The notes under the pieces are model-generated. The model saw only the letters and a list, made by a program, of their open reading frames with translations, ran no database searches and was not told the origin of the DNA. The position numbers and the translations under genes are program-made. 64,000 nt of DNA, from contig CAZFAM010000001.1 in the NCBI GenBank assembly GCA_964516425.1, positions 60,865 through 124,864 of the forward strand, written 5' to 3'. Numbering within the stretch: the first letter of the stretch is position 1; every line of letters begins with the position of its first letter. The stretch comes from an uncultured Bacteroidales bacterium. Lineage in GTDB: Bacteria > Bacillota_I > Bacilli_A > ML615J-28 > CAG-698. Positions 57,304 through 64,000 of the stretch are shown here, in pieces.

Positions 57304-58327
57304 AATATTAATTTTATTTTTTTTAATTCTTACAGGATGTACAACTATAGAAATTGAAGAATATGCTATAATTGCGGGTATTGGATTTGATTATCAAAAT
57401 GATGAATATATCGTGACATATGAAATATATGATGATGAATCAGGTGATGTTACTGCATTAACATCAACAGTGGTTACGGGAATAGGATTAGGAGTTGAAA
57501 AAGCAATTGTGAATACAGAATTATTAATAGAGCAAAAAACATATTTAAATCATTGTCGTATCATTATTTTTAGTAATAATATAGTCAATGAACAAATGAA
57601 GGAAGTCATTAATTATTTAGTACATGATCCTAGAATGCGATCGTTGGAATATGTTGTTATAAGTGATAGTCAATCACCTCAAGATCTATTGAATAGGAAA
57701 GATAAAGAAAACGTATTGTGTTTGAATCTTTATAAAGATATTAAAAAGAATAATAATTCATTCGGAATATATAGTGATTGTAAGTTTTCCAAAATTGTTA
57801 ATTTGACGCAAAATAATCGAAAAACAACAGTTATACCATCCATTAAATATGATCAAACAATTGTTTTTGATGGTGCTGCTTTATTTGACCGTTTTACTAT
57901 AAAACAAAAAATTAGTCAAGAAGAAGTAATGTTAATTCAGATGTTAGATAATAAGTTAGTAGAAGGTCTTTATAATTATAATAGCATTTCTTATTATATA
58001 AAAAGATTCAAAAGTAAAAAAAAATATAGCAATAATAAAATGACTATTGAATTATTTTTTTCTTTAACTGTTTATGATGGCAATAATCAGGAAAAATTAA
58101 TAACTGATTTTAATATTGGCGTTAAAGAACAAGTAACAAATCTTTTACAAAAATATCAAATTTTAAAAATAGATCCTTTTGGAGTGCTAGATTATATATT
58201 TAATTATCATCCCTTTATTTTTAATAAACAAAGTAATATATGGGAGTTTTATAAACAATTAAATATTGAAGTCATCGTTAATACACAAATAATTGCCACT
58301 GGATTTATTGAAAAAGTAATGGAGTGA
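57293..58327 (+). CDS. spore germination lipoprotein, GerAC-family C subunit
   Basis: Lipobox LTGC. Overlaps the A gene and has the typical Ger(x)C size. Confidence 0.7.
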   Translation: MKCKILILFFLILTGCTTIEIEEYAIIAGIGFDYQNDEYIVTYEIYDDESGDVTALTSTVVTGIGLGVEKAIVNTELLIEQKTYLNHCRIIIFSNNIVNEQMKEVINYLVHDPRMRSLEYVVISDSQSPQDLLNRKDKENVLCLNLYKDIKKNNNSFGIYSDCKFSKIVNLTQNNRKTTVIPSIKYDQTIVFDGAALFDRFTIKQKISQEEVMLIQMLDNKLVEGLYNYNSISYYIKRFKSKKKYSNNKMTIELFFSLTVYDGNNQEKLITDFNIGVKEQVTNLLQKYQILKIDPFGVLDYIFNYHPFIFNKQSNIWEFYKQLNIEVIVNTQIIATGFIEKVME

Positions 58328-58518
58328 ATATGTATTTTTTATGTGCTTTAATTATATCAGTTATTGAAATAATACCTTTAATTAAACATAAGCAAAATAA
58401 TTACTTTCTTTTTTGCTTGTTTTTAATTATTATTTGTGGATTGTTTTATATATTTAAAGATTATTATCCAAGTATTTCCACAATAATATTAAAATTATTA
58501 GGAGGTAATAATGGATAA
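58324..58518 (+). CDS. small 2-TM membrane protein (64 aa) inserted between ger C and B genes
   Basis: Overlapping start and stop coupling on both sides; hydrophobic. Possibly a GerD/accessory-like subunit. Confidence 0.4.
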   Translation: MNMYFLCALIISVIEIIPLIKHKQNNYFLFCLFLIIICGLFYIFKDYYPSISTIILKLLGGNNG

Positions 58519-59602
58519 TGTTCGTTTCCGTCATGTATTTTCACTTGGTGTTTTATATGCTTTAGGAACTGTATTAATAAGTATAGCTTCTAGAGGCTAT
58601 CATGCGTGGCAGGGTTTAATTTGTGCTTTTGTTTTTGCAATACCAGTTTATTATTTATATATTAAATTATTAAAATATTTTCCAAATAAAAATTTATTTG
58701 AGATTATAGAACTTTGTTTTGGAAAAATTATTTCTAAAATTATTATAATAATGTATATTATATTTTTATGGTATAAGTCAGGAAGAATAATATTTTCATA
58801 TATTGATTTAATTATAACTAGTAATCAATTAGCTTTTGATTATAAACAATTAATGTTACTTCTTAATTTAATACTATTAGGTTATATATTAAAAAGTGGT
58901 TTAAATAGTATAACCCGTTTATCACAAATATGTTTTATCATAACAGTTGTGCTTATAAGCTCCTTATTTGTTGTGGGAATTGGAAATATGGATTTAACGA
59001 ATATATTGCCAATTTACCCAATTATTTATGGAGATTTTCAAAAAAATATCTTATATTTCTTTATTCAACCATTTATTGAGTTGACAATATTGTTTAATTT
59101 TATTTGTAAAATTAAAAATTATTCTGAACAAAAGAAAGTTTTTTTCTCTATAGCCATTGTATCTTTTGTTATTATAATAGTTATCATAATCCAAACAATT
59201 TGTATACTGGGAAAAGATTATACTCTAATATTAAATTATCCTTATTATTCTTGTATTGCCACAATTAATGTTAATAAACTAATAGCAAGGTTTGAAACTA
59301 TTAGTATAATTATATTTTATGTTTGTGCATCAATAAAAGTAATAGTTTTATTGTATTGTATGGAACTTGCTATTTGCACATTATTTAAAAGAAATAGTAA
59401 TGACAAAAAGTATTACTATTTCATAATTTTTATGTCTACTGTATTGTCATTCATTTTGTATGATAATGTTTCCGAGTTAAGAACTATGACAATTTACTAT
59501 TGTATAATAGCAATTATTATGCATATTATAATTCCTTGTTATATTGTATTTTTTAAGAAAAAAAGGTATAATGCTTTAGAAAAAAATAAAAATATGGTAT
59601 AA
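58511..59602 (+). CDS. spore germination protein, GerAB-family B subunit (APC-type permease fold)
   Basis: 10-TM amino-acid-permease-like membrane protein of about 360 aa; final gene of the A-C-B operon. Confidence 0.75.
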   Translation: MDNVRFRHVFSLGVLYALGTVLISIASRGYHAWQGLICAFVFAIPVYYLYIKLLKYFPNKNLFEIIELCFGKIISKIIIIMYIIFLWYKSGRIIFSYIDLIITSNQLAFDYKQLMLLLNLILLGYILKSGLNSITRLSQICFIITVVLISSLFVVGIGNMDLTNILPIYPIIYGDFQKNILYFFIQPFIELTILFNFICKIKNYSEQKKVFFSIAIVSFVIIIVIIIQTICILGKDYTLILNYPYYSCIATINVNKLIARFETISIIIFYVCASIKVIVLLYCMELAICTLFKRNSNDKKYYYFIIFMSTVLSFILYDNVSELRTMTIYYCIIAIIMHIIIPCYIVFFKKKRYNALEKNKNMV

Positions 59603-59609
59603 TAGATAA

Positions 59610-64000
<4,391 letters not shown>

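Overview
This is a 64 kb stretch of a very AT-rich Firmicutes chromosome (about 27-30% GC, low-GC Gram-positive codon usage). It is densely coded with mostly housekeeping genes and several scattered sporulation and germination genes: a SpoIIID-like regulator, a YunB-like protein, a CwlD-type amidase and a gerA-type A-C-B operon. The organism is therefore probably an endospore-former, possibly Erysipelotrichia or Clostridia-like, but I cannot assign a taxon from sequence alone.

Gene content in order:
- 3' end of a P-type cation ATPase.
- Two-gene heterodimeric ABC exporter.
- Small membrane protein, then a LysR regulator.
- A tightly packed rex-adhE operon that runs straight into a predicted sensory [FeFe]-hydrogenase signalling module: an APH-fold kinase, a PAS-hydrogenase (HydS/HfsB-like), a PP2C phosphatase and a second hydrogenase-like protein.
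- A cell-wall and sporulation-flavoured block: CHAP lipoprotein, degenerate LytM protein, pseudo-ABC ATPase and membrane partner, SpoIIID.
- yigZ, cca, yhaM.
- A 1207-aa membrane-anchored PrsA/parvulin-like giant.
- yycJ-rlmH, uvrB, mnmA, recD2, a YebC-family regulator.
- A divergent DtxR-family regulator plus a feoA-feoA-feoB-Cys-rich operon, with three related palindromic operator candidates.
- An FAD dehydrogenase, a beta-lactamase-fold protein, rlmA, YunB-like, NifU-like, an S1 protein, cwlD, tsaE-tsaB-rimI-tsaD.
- A lysine-rich membrane protein translationally coupled to a 1275-aa coiled-coil protein that carries two near-perfect in-frame DNA tandem-repeat arrays.
- A stand-alone B3/4 protein, glnS, pcrA, the gerA-type operon, ligA and the 5' part of uvrA.

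I found no CRISPR arrays, transposases, integrases, tRNA or rRNA genes.

The strongest candidates for something new are the physical fusion of the rex/adhE ethanol node with a sensory-hydrogenase, kinase and phosphatase circuit, and the membrane protein plus giant repeat-bearing coiled-coil pair.
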